Part shown: in pieces, positions 1 through 12,011 of the stretch
Position numbering within the stretch: the first letter of the stretch is position 1
Layout of the letters: the number at the start of each line of letters is the position of its first letter
Source of the DNA: Eledone cirrhosa
Lineage: Eukaryota
NCBI GenBank assembly: GCA_964016885.1
Contig: OZ024742.1
Location: forward strand, 225,742,001 to 225,806,000
Direction: 5' to 3'
Length of the DNA stretch: 64,000 nucleotides
Notes under the pieces: generated by a model
The model's input: only the letters and a program-made list of their open reading frames with translations
What the model was told of the DNA's origin: nothing
The model's database searches: none
Position numbers and translations under genes: made by a program

Positions 1-297
1 ATAATGGCGAATTATTATTGCTCAGTTTCTCAATAAAGGAGGAATGTTATAAAAGTTCTCAGTTCTTAAAAAGTTTTTGAAAATGTGTATATTTTGAAAC
101 CGTGGTGCATGGCTATAAAATTAGTTGCGGCGTTTATGCATACATGTATACAGGGCTGGATTTAGAATTTGGGATGGCTTGAGGCACTTCAGGTTTCGTG
201 GACACCACACACACAAACAATTAAGATACACAACAAACCTCCAAGGTTACATTTCAAAGACGGCTTGTCGCATGTAATTAGAATTGTCAAGTTAAAC

Positions 298-314
298 ATA
301 CTTGCTTCGGCAGT

Positions 315-354
<40 letters not shown>

Positions 355-404
355 GGCCACGGCGCAAGGATGAACGTAAATTCGTGAAGCGTTCCATATG
401 TTTT
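298..404 (+). pseudogene. U6: U6 snRNA copy, full length, probably a retrocopy
   Basis: Reads ATACTTGCTTCGGCAGTACATATACTAAAATTGGAACGATACAGAGAAGATTAGCATGGCC...AAATTCGTGAAGCGTTCCATATGTTTT, which matches canonical U6 including the ACAGAGA box and AGC triad. It has substitutions and a 1-nt deletion around the internal stem-loop, no obvious upstream TATA box, and a LINE tail immediately downstream. Confidence 0.93.
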
Positions 405-450
405 AGTTGTAGCGCACCTAAGCACTCTTCACAATAATTTCATTATTATT
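405..450 (+). mobile_element. 3' terminal tail of a CR1-type LINE fused to the U6 copy
   Basis: 41/46 identical (aligned by eye) to the reverse complement of 35839-35884, the 3' end of the CR1 LINE, including the (ATT)n tail. Confidence 0.85.
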
Positions 451-609
451 TTATAAAAATAATAGATAATAATTCTTCAGATAGAAAAGGTTACAAGTAT
501 ATAATACAGGTGTTAAAACCAAAAAAATCTGCCCACCATCATTTTAAGGGCACTTTCCACATTGGCATGTGTGTCTGTGTTTGTATATATATATGAAGGA
601 TTCTTCGCT

Positions 610-700
610 ACCCCTACGGCTGAGCTCCTGTCGTTTCAACAGCTAGATATAAACTGCTCGGATCTAGCTGTTGAGACGGCAGGAGCTAAGCCGTCGGGGT
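610..700. repeat. Inverted repeat (39-bp arms, 13-nt loop) inside a (TA)n-flanked insert
   Basis: 610-648 is the reverse complement of 662-700 with 4 mismatches; a related half-copy lies near 3863-3892. Confidence 0.75.
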
Positions 701-879
701 CCCGAATCCTTCATATTACCCACTCTACTATCCCAAGTATCGAGTACTCTGGTGACTAATGGTCTAACTGGTTTTTACTACATCCATTCTGATATATATA
801 TATATATGAAACGTGAAACTAATAAGACTAGTAACCCTCAATCAGGTAATACAGGACGGAATCATACCTAATGATGGTG

Positions 880-986
880 CAAGAAGAGTAAAGGTGATGG
901 TCTAGAAAGGAGCAACTACAGAGGAATAAAACTAATGGACCAAGTTATGAAAGTGACCGTAAGAGTTCTAGCTCTGCTAATTAGGA
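880..986 (+). mobile_element. Short RTE LINE reverse-transcriptase fragment
   Basis: Encodes KSKGDGLERSNYRGIKLMDQVMKV, the same segment as in the RTE ORF at 1803-3062. Confidence 0.75.
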
Positions 987-1619
987 AAGTATTAATTATC
1001 ATGTGCGTAGTGTTAAGATATATTAATGTAATTTTTAATGTAGATATTTAGTATAATATTTAGCGGAGTGCAAATTTATCCAATTCTTCCTACCTGTGGT
1101 TTAGATGGTATTGTGTGTGTGTGTGTGTGTAAAACTAATAAGACTTTTTGTACCTCTGTAGAAAAACCTAGAAAAGAAAAAAATTCCCACTGAAGAAATC
1201 TTTGGGGCTTGGAAAATCCGAGGGTACCCTGCTGACCCCCCCCCCCCCATTCCGCTTGCAGAGAAAAAGTTGATTCCTTTTTATAAGTACTATATGTTGA
1301 AGGAAATACAGACCCCCCCCCCCATAAAAAAAACTCCATTTTCTCTCTCTCTGTATTTCAACAACAACAATCACCTGTCTTTTTAAATGTCTGTGTTGCA
1401 TTGTTGGACATACAAAAATACGCACACACAAACAACCCAAAAAACTATTTATATGTATTCTTTTTGTTTGTTCACACTTACATTTTAGTTAGTTAGAAAG
1501 AAGGGGAGGTGGAGTAGTATTTCTCTTCTTTTTCTAATTACTGAGAGGGTTGTGGGGGAAGAGCCCTAAAACACTCATTCCAGTGGGTCCAACTGATCTG
1601 GCTGGATCCCCAAGCATGA

Positions 1620-3250
1620 CCAGCCAAGCTCATGGGTCTACCCTTGGGTCTCTTGCCCATAAAATCTGTTCAGCGATTCTTTCGTGAAACATTCTAACCA
1701 CATGCTCATAGTATCGGAGCTGTAATCTGTCAATTTGGAGAAGTAGCCACTCTACCTGGAGCAACTTACTGATCCCCAAGCTATGCACTTTATCGAGTAA
1801 CGTTACTCCAAAAACCTGCCAGAGGAATCCCATTTTGGCTGCTTGTATTTGTGATGTACACAAGATCTGCATTGTGTACATTTTATAGAATTTATGCCAG
1901 TTCCTTTTCTGCATATCGAACATGACCATTTCCCTGACAGAATCAGAGTTTTGTTCTCTTTTCTACTTATCAACACTTTTGTCTTAGCTAGGTTCACTCT
2001 CAGTCCTCTTGATTCCAACTGCTGTTTATTCTCTAACTCCTCTACTGATTCTGCTATAAGAACCAGATCGTCAGCATAGAGAAGTTCCCATGGGCAGCCA
2101 GTCTTAAACTCCTCTGTTATGGCTTGGAGGACTATAATGAACAAGAGTGGGCTGAGGACCGAACCCTGATGTACTCCTACTTGTATCTTGAATTCCTCAC
2201 TAAACTCTATTCCTACCCTCACTTTACTGACATCACCTCTGTACAAAGCTTGCACTGTCCTCACAAGCCATTCCTCTACACCTAGTTTCCTTAGGGACCA
2301 CCAGATGACAGATCGGGGTACCCTATCAAAGACCTTCTCTAGGTCAACAAAAGCTAAGTATAGTGGCCTATTCTTCTCTAAGAACCTCTCTTGTAGTTGT
2401 CTCACTAAGAAGAGGGCATCTGTTGTACTTTTCCGAGGCACAAAACCAAACTGCATTTCATCTAGTTTGACCCTTTCTATAATTAGTTGCGCTAATATCC
2501 TTTCTGCCACTTTCATAACCTGATCCATCAGTTTTATGCCTCTATAATTGCTCCTCTCCAGAGCATCCCCTTTACTTTTGTAGCAATTTATGAGAATACT
2601 GCTGCACCAGTCTTTGGGTATGACTCTGCCATATATAGCTTGATTGATGATGCGTGCAACCAGTTTAGTATCTACTTCTCCTGACGCTTTCAGCATCTCA
2701 GTAACTATCACTGATGGTCCAGCAGCCTTACCATTTTTCATTTCCTTAATTGCCTCTTGGACCCTATATTCGTCAATTTCAATAGCTGGTCCCGCTGTGA
2801 GGTCTACTGGGGGTAGTTTCTCTCTCTCCCATTCGTTCTCCACATTCATCAGCCTCTCATAATGACATTTCCAGGCCTCCTTTTTTTGATCATTAGTGAC
2901 ACTAAGTACACCAGCATCATTCCGGATACATTTATCTCCAACAACATCCTGATTTACACTGACACACTGCCTTGCAATGTGGAACACCGCACGTCTCTGA
3001 TCTTCCCATCGCAGGACATTGGCAAACCTCCTACTCTCAGCCTCTGTGCATGCTAAGTACACCTAACGTCTAGCTTCTCTCTTAGTGGTTCTGTATCGGT
3101 CTCTACTCCCACCATTTTTCCAAGCGTTCCATGCTAGTCTTTTGTCTCTAATGGCCTTATCTACCGTGCTGTTCCACCACCAGGTCATTCTCTGTATGGT
3201 CGGAGCTCTGCTCCAGCCACAAGTTTCTGCAGTAGCCTGCTGTAAGTTGT
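1620..3250 (-). mobile_element. RTE-clade LINE, 5'-truncated, RT domain
   Basis: ORF 1803-3062 has RT motifs (NYRGIKL, QFGF, AFVDLEKVFD, GVHQGSVLSP, YADD). 1630-1855 looks like the C-terminus of a different RTE subfamily. Confidence 0.92.
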
Positions 3251-4014
3251 CTTATATATCATCATCATCACCGTTGACTCTGAATTATTATTTCGTAGTA
3301 GTTTCTTTAGTATTTTGGCCCCCTACTTGTTGACCTGTCACTGTAAGATAGATTTGGATGATTACTACTAACTCATAAAATTCTTTCACTACAATCTCAT
3401 ATTTAGTATTCCGTCCCACCTATTAAACTTTTCTGTAGTTTGGCAGTAACAGTGAGAGACTTGATGATTGTGGTAAGGGAATAGTAACCAGAAATTGTTT
3501 TTTTATATTTTTAACATTCTTATTCTTCTTCTATATATTTACCCCATATTGATTTACTTATTGTTTCGACTTCCTCCCCCTCCCCCTCCCTAGTATACTT
3601 TCTCGACCTCTTATCCTTAGGATCCTGCTGTAGTTGGCACTATCAACGCACGACTGGGTTTCCTCCACTCCCTCTCCCTCTTTCTTCTACTGGCAAGTTC
3701 AGCTACCCCTTCCTTCCACTAAATGCCATGATAGAATTATGTGTCTCAATAACAAACTTTTGACCAATCCTTGTGACAATCACTTTTACCATATATGGAA
3801 TTACCCCCTGAGAAGCTCGGCTATTCATGTACCAGGATAAAAATTTTCATTTAGTCCAGAATTAGCCGTCGAAATGGCTTGAGCTCAGCCGTCGGCGTCC
3901 TACTCGTTCCTATATATATATAATATATATATAGTTGTGTATAATGGTAGCTATGGTGCTTCCATAGGCGGTATGCCAAAATTAGCACACAATATTCAGC
4001 AGAGTAGAGTGTAG

Positions 4015-4193
4015 ATAGTATAAAGAAAACGAAAAATCAGTGATGCATCTGGACTTAATTTATTGCGTGTTACAATTGTTTCGCCGGCAGGTAGCTCGAG
4101 ACATGATCACTGTATGGATCTGGCTGAAACAATTGTAACACGCAATAAATTAAGTCCAGATGCATCACTGATTTTTCATTTTCTTTATACTAT
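4015..4193. repeat. Near-perfect palindrome (~70-bp arms, ~36-nt spacer) between (TA)n tracts
   Basis: 4015-4082 is the reverse complement of 4126-4193 with one mismatch. Confidence 0.9.
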
Positions 4194-4264
4194 AATATAT
4201 ATATATATTTATATATATATATATATATATATAATGTATATATAGTCTTCAAATTTATTATTAT

Positions 4265-4305
<41 letters not shown>

Positions 4306-4654
4306 ATACAATAACAGAGAAAGCTTTAAGCTAAACTCTGACTGGCAACCATCTCACTCAACAAACATTAGGATATACGTCAGTATAATCCCAATTTTGT
4401 GTTTGGGGTGCTAACTATATGTATTTTGTGGAAAGCCAGTTGTATTATTTTATATGAGATATAATTAAAATTAAAATATATCTCTCTTTCCAAACAATTG
4501 TTTCATTATAAGTTTTCTACAAGTTGGGAGAATGTATCCGGTTTATGTAGAAGCCTACATATTTTCTGTAAGAACATATGCAGGTGGGTACTTATAAATC
4601 ATCAGTGGATGCCCATTAAACTTTGATATAAGAAAAAATTTCTTACCATAGTTA

Positions 4655-4786
4655 TTTTTCGTGTCCGCTAAGTCGTCCCTTCACGCATCAAATGACCGCC
4701 ACATTTGAAATTCCAGCAGTCTTTAGACTGAGGAATATCACAGCGTCACGAAGCAGAAAAGGGAGGCAATCGCGAATCACAAGAAA
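4655..4786 (+). promoter_or_regulatory. Candidate HYDIN promoter / non-coding first exon
   Basis: Unique CpG-containing patch in an AT-rich background, about 280 nt before the first coding exon, ending at a possible donor (AAA|GTAAAA at 4787). No transcript evidence. Confidence 0.3.
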
Positions 4787-5067
4787 GTAAAATAATATAC
4801 ACGTGGGTTAATTAGTTTTTTAAAAAACAATATCAATCCTGCGTATTAAGAACTCAATTAATTTTAAAAAAATAAATGTATGCATGTATTAAATACACAC
4901 GCATATAGATATTTTCTTATATATATATATATATAATTGTTTCTACTTTTGGCACAAGGCCAGCAATTACCCAGTGTATTACTGGTACTTTATTTTATCA
5001 ACCGCAATGTATATATATATATATAAAGCAAATGACTTGTAAACATGCATATTCTTCCATATTTCAG

Positions 5068-5226
5068 TCGTTAAAGATTTCAAGTGATTCAGCTGAAGTA
5101 ATAAAGAAAGCCAAAACAATGATCAGAAGTATAATGGATGAGGAAGTCCTATATCCTCAATATGCATCTAAATGTACAGCACCAAGAAATCCAAAACTTG
5201 TTAAAGAACCTGAAAAAAATGTTGAT
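5068..5226 (+). CDS. HYDIN: HYDIN coding exon 1 (probable ATG at 5119)
   Basis: tttcag|...|gtaaat. MIRSIMDEEVLYPQYASKCTAPRNPKLVKEPEKNVD resembles the HYDIN N-terminus (SKVLPPLSPKVV in human, from memory). Phase 0. Confidence 0.7.
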
Positions 5227-6612
5227 GTAAATATCAATGTTTTTTCATGCATTAACCCTTTTCTGACCATAAATTTAACGAAAGACATTTCCTGTTTTAA
5301 TGAACTTGAGAAATAATCAAGAATTTGGAAATATTTTATCATCATCATCATCATTCTTTAACATCCGTTTACCACGCTAGCATGGGTTAGATGGGTTATC
5401 CCATTAGAGGCAAGTTGGGTCAGGTGAACGTGTCTTGCTCATATAGAACTATTTCTGGTTAGGTTTCTATGGCTGGATGCCCTTCCTAATGCCAACCACA
5501 TTTACAGTGTATGCTGGGTGCTTTTTGTCGTGACACCTACACAACCAGCTTACAGTGTGGGCTGGGTGCTTTTTGTAGTGACACCTACACAACCACTTTA
5601 CAGTGTGGGCTGGGTGCTTTTTGTTGTGACTCCTACACAACCACTTTACAGTGTAGGCTGGATGCATTTTGTTGTGGTAACAACATAACTTTACAGTGTA
5701 CGGGTGGTCCTTTTATCTTATTCAGAAACAGTTTTTTCTCTATCTAATTAATACTGAATATTACATAATACCTAACAACTACTCCTAGATTATTGTTTTC
5801 TTCAACCGAGAAGGAATTTTTAATTAATCCATTACTTTAATTGAAAGTATTTTTGATAATAATTAATTTAACAACTTCCTAAGACCAGGCAAAGACTTGC
5901 AACCATCAACATTTATGTCAATTGATAAATAAAAAAAATGATATATAAATATATAACATATATACACAATATATATTTAGTAATGTAACTGACTTTTATT
6001 ATAAAGATGGTGTTTATAACAACTTAACTCTATTATGACCATATTTCTAATGAAACACACTAAGTGTTTCAGTGAATTTTAGAAAATATTATGTTTGGAA
6101 TATAATTTAACCTTTTTGCTAACAATCTACCTAAAACCATCCCTGGTTCTATGATACAAAACTCTTTATTTTAAAGTGTTTATATTTATCTAAAAATCTT
6201 CCATCCTAATTTCAAGGTGGTGTCTCAGCATAGCCACAGTCTAATGACTGTAACCAGCAGTGGTAGCAGTGGTGGTGGTTAGTTAAATAAAATGCCAAAC
6301 AAAGGGTTGAGAGGACTCTCTAGTTGCTTCAAGGGCATTGCAACCTCTGTATTTCCAGTGACATGATAAAATATGGGCCGATCTGAGAGGATACTGGCTC
6401 TGATAAAATATTGATTTGGTCTGTGATGACCTATCCAACCCATGCCAGGATAGAAAAATTGATGATGACGATGATGATGGTGGCAGCGAGGCTGCATTGA
6501 AATAATTTTCTTCAAAGTTTATATTTCTGATAATTCTTCCATTGTAAATTGTCCCTTGTCTCCTGGTATTCTTCCATTGTAAATTGTCCCTTGTCCCCTG
6601 GTATTCTTTCAG

Positions 6613-6738
6613 TTAATTCCTAGTGTTTACCTGAAGACTGTTTCCATGACAACTGAAGAAAGGTTCAACAACACACATACCATGAGGATTCCACAGAAAT
6701 TGGAGCTCTTGGAGATGGGAGACACACTCCTTAACAAA
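6613..6738 (+). CDS. HYDIN: HYDIN coding exon 2
   Basis: AG/GT bounded; LIPSVYLKTVSMTTEERFNNTHTMRIPQKLELLEMGDTLLNK. Confidence 0.88.
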
Positions 6739-6904
6739 GTAATGTCTTCTTATATATAGATTTATATATTGATGTATAACATCGACACACATTTTTGTGT
6801 GTACATTTCAGTGTATGTGTATGTATGCACGTGTGTATATATATATGCATGTGTGTGTATATATGTGTTTGTTAGGTATATATGTTTTGTGTGCCTTTAT
6901 GTAT

Positions 6905-7247
6905 CATTATCAGCATCATTTCATTTTACGTCCGCCTTTTCCCTGCTTGCAAGGGTGGGATGGAAACTGATTTTGGCTTGATTTCTACAGCTGGATGCCC
7001 TTCCTAACACCAACCTCATTTACAGTGAGTGCTGGGTGCTTTTTTGACGTGGCACCTCCACGACCACTTTGCAGTGGAATGATATGGACCCCAGTCCCTA
7101 TCATCTCATTTCTACAGCTGAGTAAACTGGAGCAATGTGAAATAAAGTGTCTTGTTCAAGGAAACAACACATCACCCAGTCTAAGAATTGAACTCACAAC
7201 CTTTCGATTACAAGGCCAATGCTCTAACCACTAAGCCATGTGCCTCC
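6905..7247 (-). mobile_element. tRNA-derived SINE with RTE-type 3' tail
   Basis: Reverse-strand copy of the element at 30419-30730 (A/B-box head, central domain, RTE tail with (TGA)n). Confidence 0.8.
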
Positions 7248-7526
7248 ACATATATTTATATATGTATATGTGTGTATGTGTGTAAATGTATATGTGTGTG
7301 TGATATCAATACGTATAAATATGAGCACCATATCCTTGTGTGTTGTAAGGGGTAACTAAAAGGGTTGGTACAGGAAAGGCATCTAGTTACAAAACACTAC
7401 CTCAAAAAGTACACATGGCATGGGGTCTTCTAGGCTAAATATTGATAGTTGGGAAAAAGGCCTTATAGTATTTGTTGTTGATACCATCTTTAATCTCTCT
7501 TCCTCTTGAATTACTCAATATTCCAG

Positions 7527-7646
7527 ATCTCAGCTGTAAACATCTGTGAACCCATATTCCAGCCATTTCCATCAGAAATATATTTTCAACAGTTTGAGCC
7601 TTTTAAGACTTATGAAGTACCTTTACTTCTTGAAAACAAAGACCGA
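7527..7646 (+). CDS. HYDIN: HYDIN coding exon 3
   Basis: ttccag|...|gtaagt; ISAVNICEPIFQPFPSEIYFQQFEPFKTYEVPLLLENKDR contains the conserved FQPFPSEI.FQ motif. Confidence 0.92.
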
Positions 7647-8224
7647 GTAAGTAATATTATCTGGATTTTTTTTTTAGTCTGAAATCATTTCCACATACAT
7701 TCCTGTCTCCTGTTTCTTCCTTCATACACAAGCTCCCTTCATTGCTCTCTCTTCTATTTCATCCTGTTGGTCATGTTGCTGTCAATGGACAGTAACAGTA
7801 TGGATTCGTGAGTACTCTTTAGTCTTGGCTGATACAAAGCGACCACACTAGTACTGGTGCTGTGATAAAATGTACTCAGTACATGTGAAGTGGTTTATAT
7901 TAGGAAGGGCATCTTAACAAATTTGGAACAAATTATGTCTACCACTTAAGGGAACCATGGTAGAATATGAACATAGAATCGTCTAATCCATGCTAGCATG
8001 GAAAGTGGATGTTAAACAATGATGATGATGATGATGAGTGCAAGGGACTGGAATAAATATGGCAGGTATCCTAACTGATGTTCTAACTTCAACATTCCAC
8101 CATCCTAGACTTTTTTTATTGACCCCAGAAGAATGGAGAGCAAAGTTAAACTTGGTGAGATTTGAACTCAGAATGAAAGGAGCCAAATAAATACTGCAAG
8201 GCATTTTGTTTGGTGCTGTAATCA

Positions 8225-8940
8225 ATCAATCCTGTTGCCGCAACTGGTGCAGCCAGTCGTTGGATTGCCCACTCGAGATATTTTTATAGTCAGCGATCGT
8301 CACTGGTCTCTATTTTCTGTCATACTTATAAGAGTCTCAGTGTTGTGGCCAGTCTAGTTTTTGATGTTATCAGACCAGGATTTTCTTTGTCTGTCTCTTC
8401 TTCTCCCTCCCCTGACAGAAGGATGGTTTTAGACAAGGAGTTGTGATGGGATACATGACCATACCAGGCAAGCTTCTGTCTTTTCACCATCACAAGGAGT
8501 GGTTCCTATTTGCCAGCATATTTGTTAACTTGCTGCCTGACAAATCTATTTGTTTTGTACTCCATGTATGGGATGTGTAGCAACCATCTGAAGTACATGT
8601 GCTTCAATGATTGGATTCTTTGTTCCATGTCAGCTGTGAGAGTCCAAGTTTCACACCCATACAAAAGGACCAAAGTCACCAAGGACTTGTATAGTTTGCT
8701 CTTCGTTGGAAAACTGATTGAATTAATTTTCCATATGACATTCAGCTTTACCATAGCAGATGTAGCCAGGGCGAGTCTTGTGAGTATCTCCTTTTGAGAT
8801 CTGCCATCTTTGGTCAGAGTGGATCCTAGGTACTTGAAGGTGTCCACTTCTTCAAATCTTTCTCTGTTCAGCATCATCTTGGTTGCTATATTCTCATAAT
8901 GACTATTAACCAGAATCTTGCTCTTCTGAGCTGATCTCCA
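8225..8940 (-). mobile_element. RTE-clade LINE 3' fragment (different subfamily)
   Basis: ORF 8506-8877: EEVDTFKYLGS...LYKSLV..VLLYGCETWTL, typical RTE C-terminal region. Confidence 0.85.
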
Positions 8941-9519
8941 TATAATAATGCTTTAATACTCCTGCTAAATCACCACTTATGTTTGTTATCAAAATATTAT
9001 ATAAGAAGCATGCTCCTTTGAATGTGTGCTGTTAATGTGTAGGAAAAATGAAGTATGGATGACCTGAGAGAAATGTTAGGTACAAGAGGACTCAAATGTA
9101 TTGTGCAAGAGAGAAGATTATGCTGATTTGGACATGTAATGTGTAGAGATGATGTCTGCTACGTGAAGAAATGCTAAGAGTTCCAAATGAAAGGAAGCCA
9201 CAGAAGAGAAAAAAAAAAAAAAGTGGACAGAAGTGACAAAAGCCTATCGTAAGAAACACCTCACAAAGTGGAAAATGCTCGACTGGAAAGGACTCGTATA
9301 ACTCCTGTAAGGAGGGAAGCCACTGAAGTGGAAGACCAAGAAAGACATGGGCATTGGTGGTGAGAGTTGATCACAAGAAATTACACCTCACTAAGGAGAT
9401 GTCAGAGGAAAGAAATGTTGAAAATGCTGAACTGGAGAGACTCATCTCACAGATGCAAATATGGAAAAACATAAAAATGATGAAGATGGTGATGATGAAT
9501 GTCATTTATTATTTTTCAG

Positions 9520-9654
9520 GTACCTCGTTTTGTAAAAGTGAAACAAGAATCCTCCCCTTATTTTAAAGTGATCACCCCACCTGATGCTAGCCATAAGGTG
9601 GCCCCAGGACTAGCTCTTACATTCAAGATCCAGTTTATCCCCGATGAAAATAAG
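9520..9654 (+). CDS. HYDIN: HYDIN coding exon 4
   Basis: VPRFVKVKQESSPYFKVITPPDASHKVAPGLALTFKIQFIPDENK; AG/GT bounded. Confidence 0.93.
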
Positions 9655-10062
9655 GTAGGGTATTGTCTTACTGTGTTACAAATTTTTTACCATGCTGGAA
9701 TATATTTAGATTGGATGGACATTATTGGATTATTTTTACAATTGTATCTTTTAATATTGGTACTTAAGAATAATAGCAATTTTCAATCACAAAAGATGTC
9801 AATCTTTGAGCATATAACTTAGCACAGAAAATATCTTTTTAAAGGTCTAAATTCTTCAGTTAAATTCAATCTACTTTTTATTAGAAGCCTCAGTGTAAAA
9901 AGGAATGAAGTGTAAACACACTTTTTGCTATTCGCTCTGTACACAGAATAACGTAAAATATTACCTTTACTTGTTTCACAGATGTTTGTCTTCTCATTAG
10001 AAGATAACTATCCCAATGATCCTGCCCACAGAGTAACCTTCATAGTATCATTATATATATGA

Positions 10063-10605
10063 AGTATCGGTAGAGGGTCGGACGCCATGCTTTCCAGCAT
10101 AGTTACGTCCCTTTACGATCTGAGTTCAAATCCTGCCGAGGTTGACTTTGCCTTTCATCCTTACGCGGTCGATAAAATAAAGTACCAGTAATGCACTGGG
10201 TAATTGCTGGCCTTGTGCCTAACGTAGACACAATTATATATATTAAGTCATGTATAGAATATAGCTGAAATGGTCAGCCTAATTTGCATGTGCTTTTATT
10301 TGGCAACATAATTAAATAATAAATATTTATGCAGAACACAGCATATATTGGAAGATTCAAGATTAATTTAATGTAGATATATCTACAGTTTCTTTGATTA
10401 GAAGTCTATCTGTGAAAATAATTGTTTCTACTTTTGGCACAAGGCCAGCAATTATCCCAGTGTATTACTAGTACTTTATTTTATCGACCCCCGTAAGGAT
10501 GAAAGGCAAAGTTAACCTCGGCGGGATTTGAACACAGAATGGCAAGGGCCGTAACTCTATGCGTCAAAGCATGGCGTCCGATCCTCTACCAATAATGCCA
10601 ATCCA
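10063..10605. mobile_element. Two tRNA-derived Meta-domain-type SINEs in opposite orientation (10063-10236 +, 10420-10605 -)
   Basis: B-box GAGTTCAAATCC, central GCCTTTCATCCTTACGGGGTCGATAAAATAAAGTACCAG, tail GGCCTTGTGCC..AGTAGAAAC(AATT). Confidence 0.8.
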
Positions 10606-10796
10606 GTACTATCTGTGAAAATAATGAAGTGTAAACACTCTTTCTGTTACTGCTTTTACATGTTTCAGAGGTTGCATGACATGCATATGTTGGGCAATAT
10701 AATTAATTAATAAATAGATTAAATTATTCATTGAAAATATTAAAAAATATTCCATTATTTTTTAAAGAAACTCCAGTTGGAATTGTATATTTCCAG

Positions 10797-10996
10797 GATT
10801 ATGATCATGAGATTGTTTGTACAACAGAAAGAGAAAGATATGTTGTCCCCATAAAAGCGATTGGAGCCCGTGCTATTGTTGATATACCAGATGAGATACA
10901 TTTCCCAACATGTCCAGTATTAATGGCATCAACTAAAACCATTCTTCTCAGAAATATTGGGAACAGAGATGCCAAGTTTTCTTTCTTCACACTACT
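10797..10996 (+). CDS. HYDIN: HYDIN coding exon 5
   Basis: DYDHEIVCTTERERYVVPIKAIGARAIVDIPDEIHFPTCPV...LLRNIGNRDAKF; ends in phase 2. Confidence 0.93.
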
Positions 10997-11619
10997 GTAA
11001 GTCTGACAATCCTCTTTCATGATTTATCAAATGATATTGCCTCATTCATTACCATATTTCTAATGAAAGACACTGCCTATGGTTTTCAAATAATTTTAAA
11101 AACAATCAAGAATTTACAGGGATTTAGTAATATAACTTTCTTATTATTAAGCTGGTGTTTGGAACATAACTTAACTAAATTTCTTACATAAAATTATGAT
11201 GGAAGGTTTTTAGATAAATATAAACACTTTAACCCATTCATTACCATATATCTAACTAAAGTCTCTACTTAAAATTTTCAAATAATTCTAAAGGATTTTG
11301 TAATAATTTTCAAAGAATTTGGAAGGATTTTGTAATATCACAAACATTATTAAGTTGGTGTTTTACACATAATAAGGTTCTTACATATAATTATGATTGA
11401 AGGTATTTAGATATAAGTAAACACATTAAAATATCATTTGGGGGAGGAAAAACTGGACATAGTGCTTAGTGCAGGCTTAGACTCAACATGGGTGATAGGA
11501 GGAGAGAAAAGAATGAACCAGAAGTGTCTGAGTGGAGGTGGCATAAGACCAACCACCTTTCGAAGAACAGAGGCTATTATAGTAGTGGTAGAACAAGTAG
11601 AGAGAGGAGACAGCATGTT

Positions 11620-11902
11620 GGATCATAGGTTTGAGTGTGTTTACGATTGTGAGGGACTTTGTCTGACAGGTTGGAGTGTGTCGATGATTGATGGGTTTGA
11701 ATGCATCTGTGAGGGAGAAGTTTGTGTGTGTCTGTGAGTGAGAAGCTTGAGTGTGTCTGTGAGCAGAGGTTGGAACGTGACTGGACTAGAGGTTGCAGTG
11801 TGTGAGAGGCTGGAGTGTACCTGTGAGTGAAATGTATGAGTGTGTCTGTGAGTGAAAGGTTGGAGTGTGTCTGTGAGTGAGAAGCTGGAGTGTATCAGTG
11901 AG
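11620..11902. repeat. Degenerate ~25-bp minisatellite (GAGTGTGTCTGTGAGTGAGAGGTTG-like)
   Basis: About 11 diverged tandem units visible. Confidence 0.7.
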
Positions 11903-11914
11903 GTTCCTGATATA

Positions 11915-11996
11915 CAGGATGTGTGAAAAGAAACGCCCTATTTACACACACACATGTATGTCTGTGTAAATAGAGCGTTTCCTTTCACACACCCTG
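11915..11996. mobile_element. Tc1/mariner-type MITE
   Basis: TA|CAGGATGTGTGAAAAGAAACGCCCTATTTACACA ... TGTGTAAATAGAGCGTTTCCTTTCACACACCCTG|TA; ~34-bp TIRs and TA target duplication. Confidence 0.8.
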
Positions 11997-12011
11997 TATA
12001 TCCTTACAGTT

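Noticed and set aside
298-404. Functional U6 gene
   Set aside because: It has changes around the catalytic internal stem-loop, no recognisable TATA box at about -30, and a LINE tail directly downstream.
745-780. Hammerhead-like CTGGTGA...CTAACTGGT
   Set aside because: Both core boxes are mismatched and the stems are not convincing.
4642-4655. RFX X-box for the ciliary gene (CTTACCATAGTTAT)
   Set aside because: Three mismatches to the GTTRCCATRGYAAC consensus in AT-rich DNA; too weak to call.
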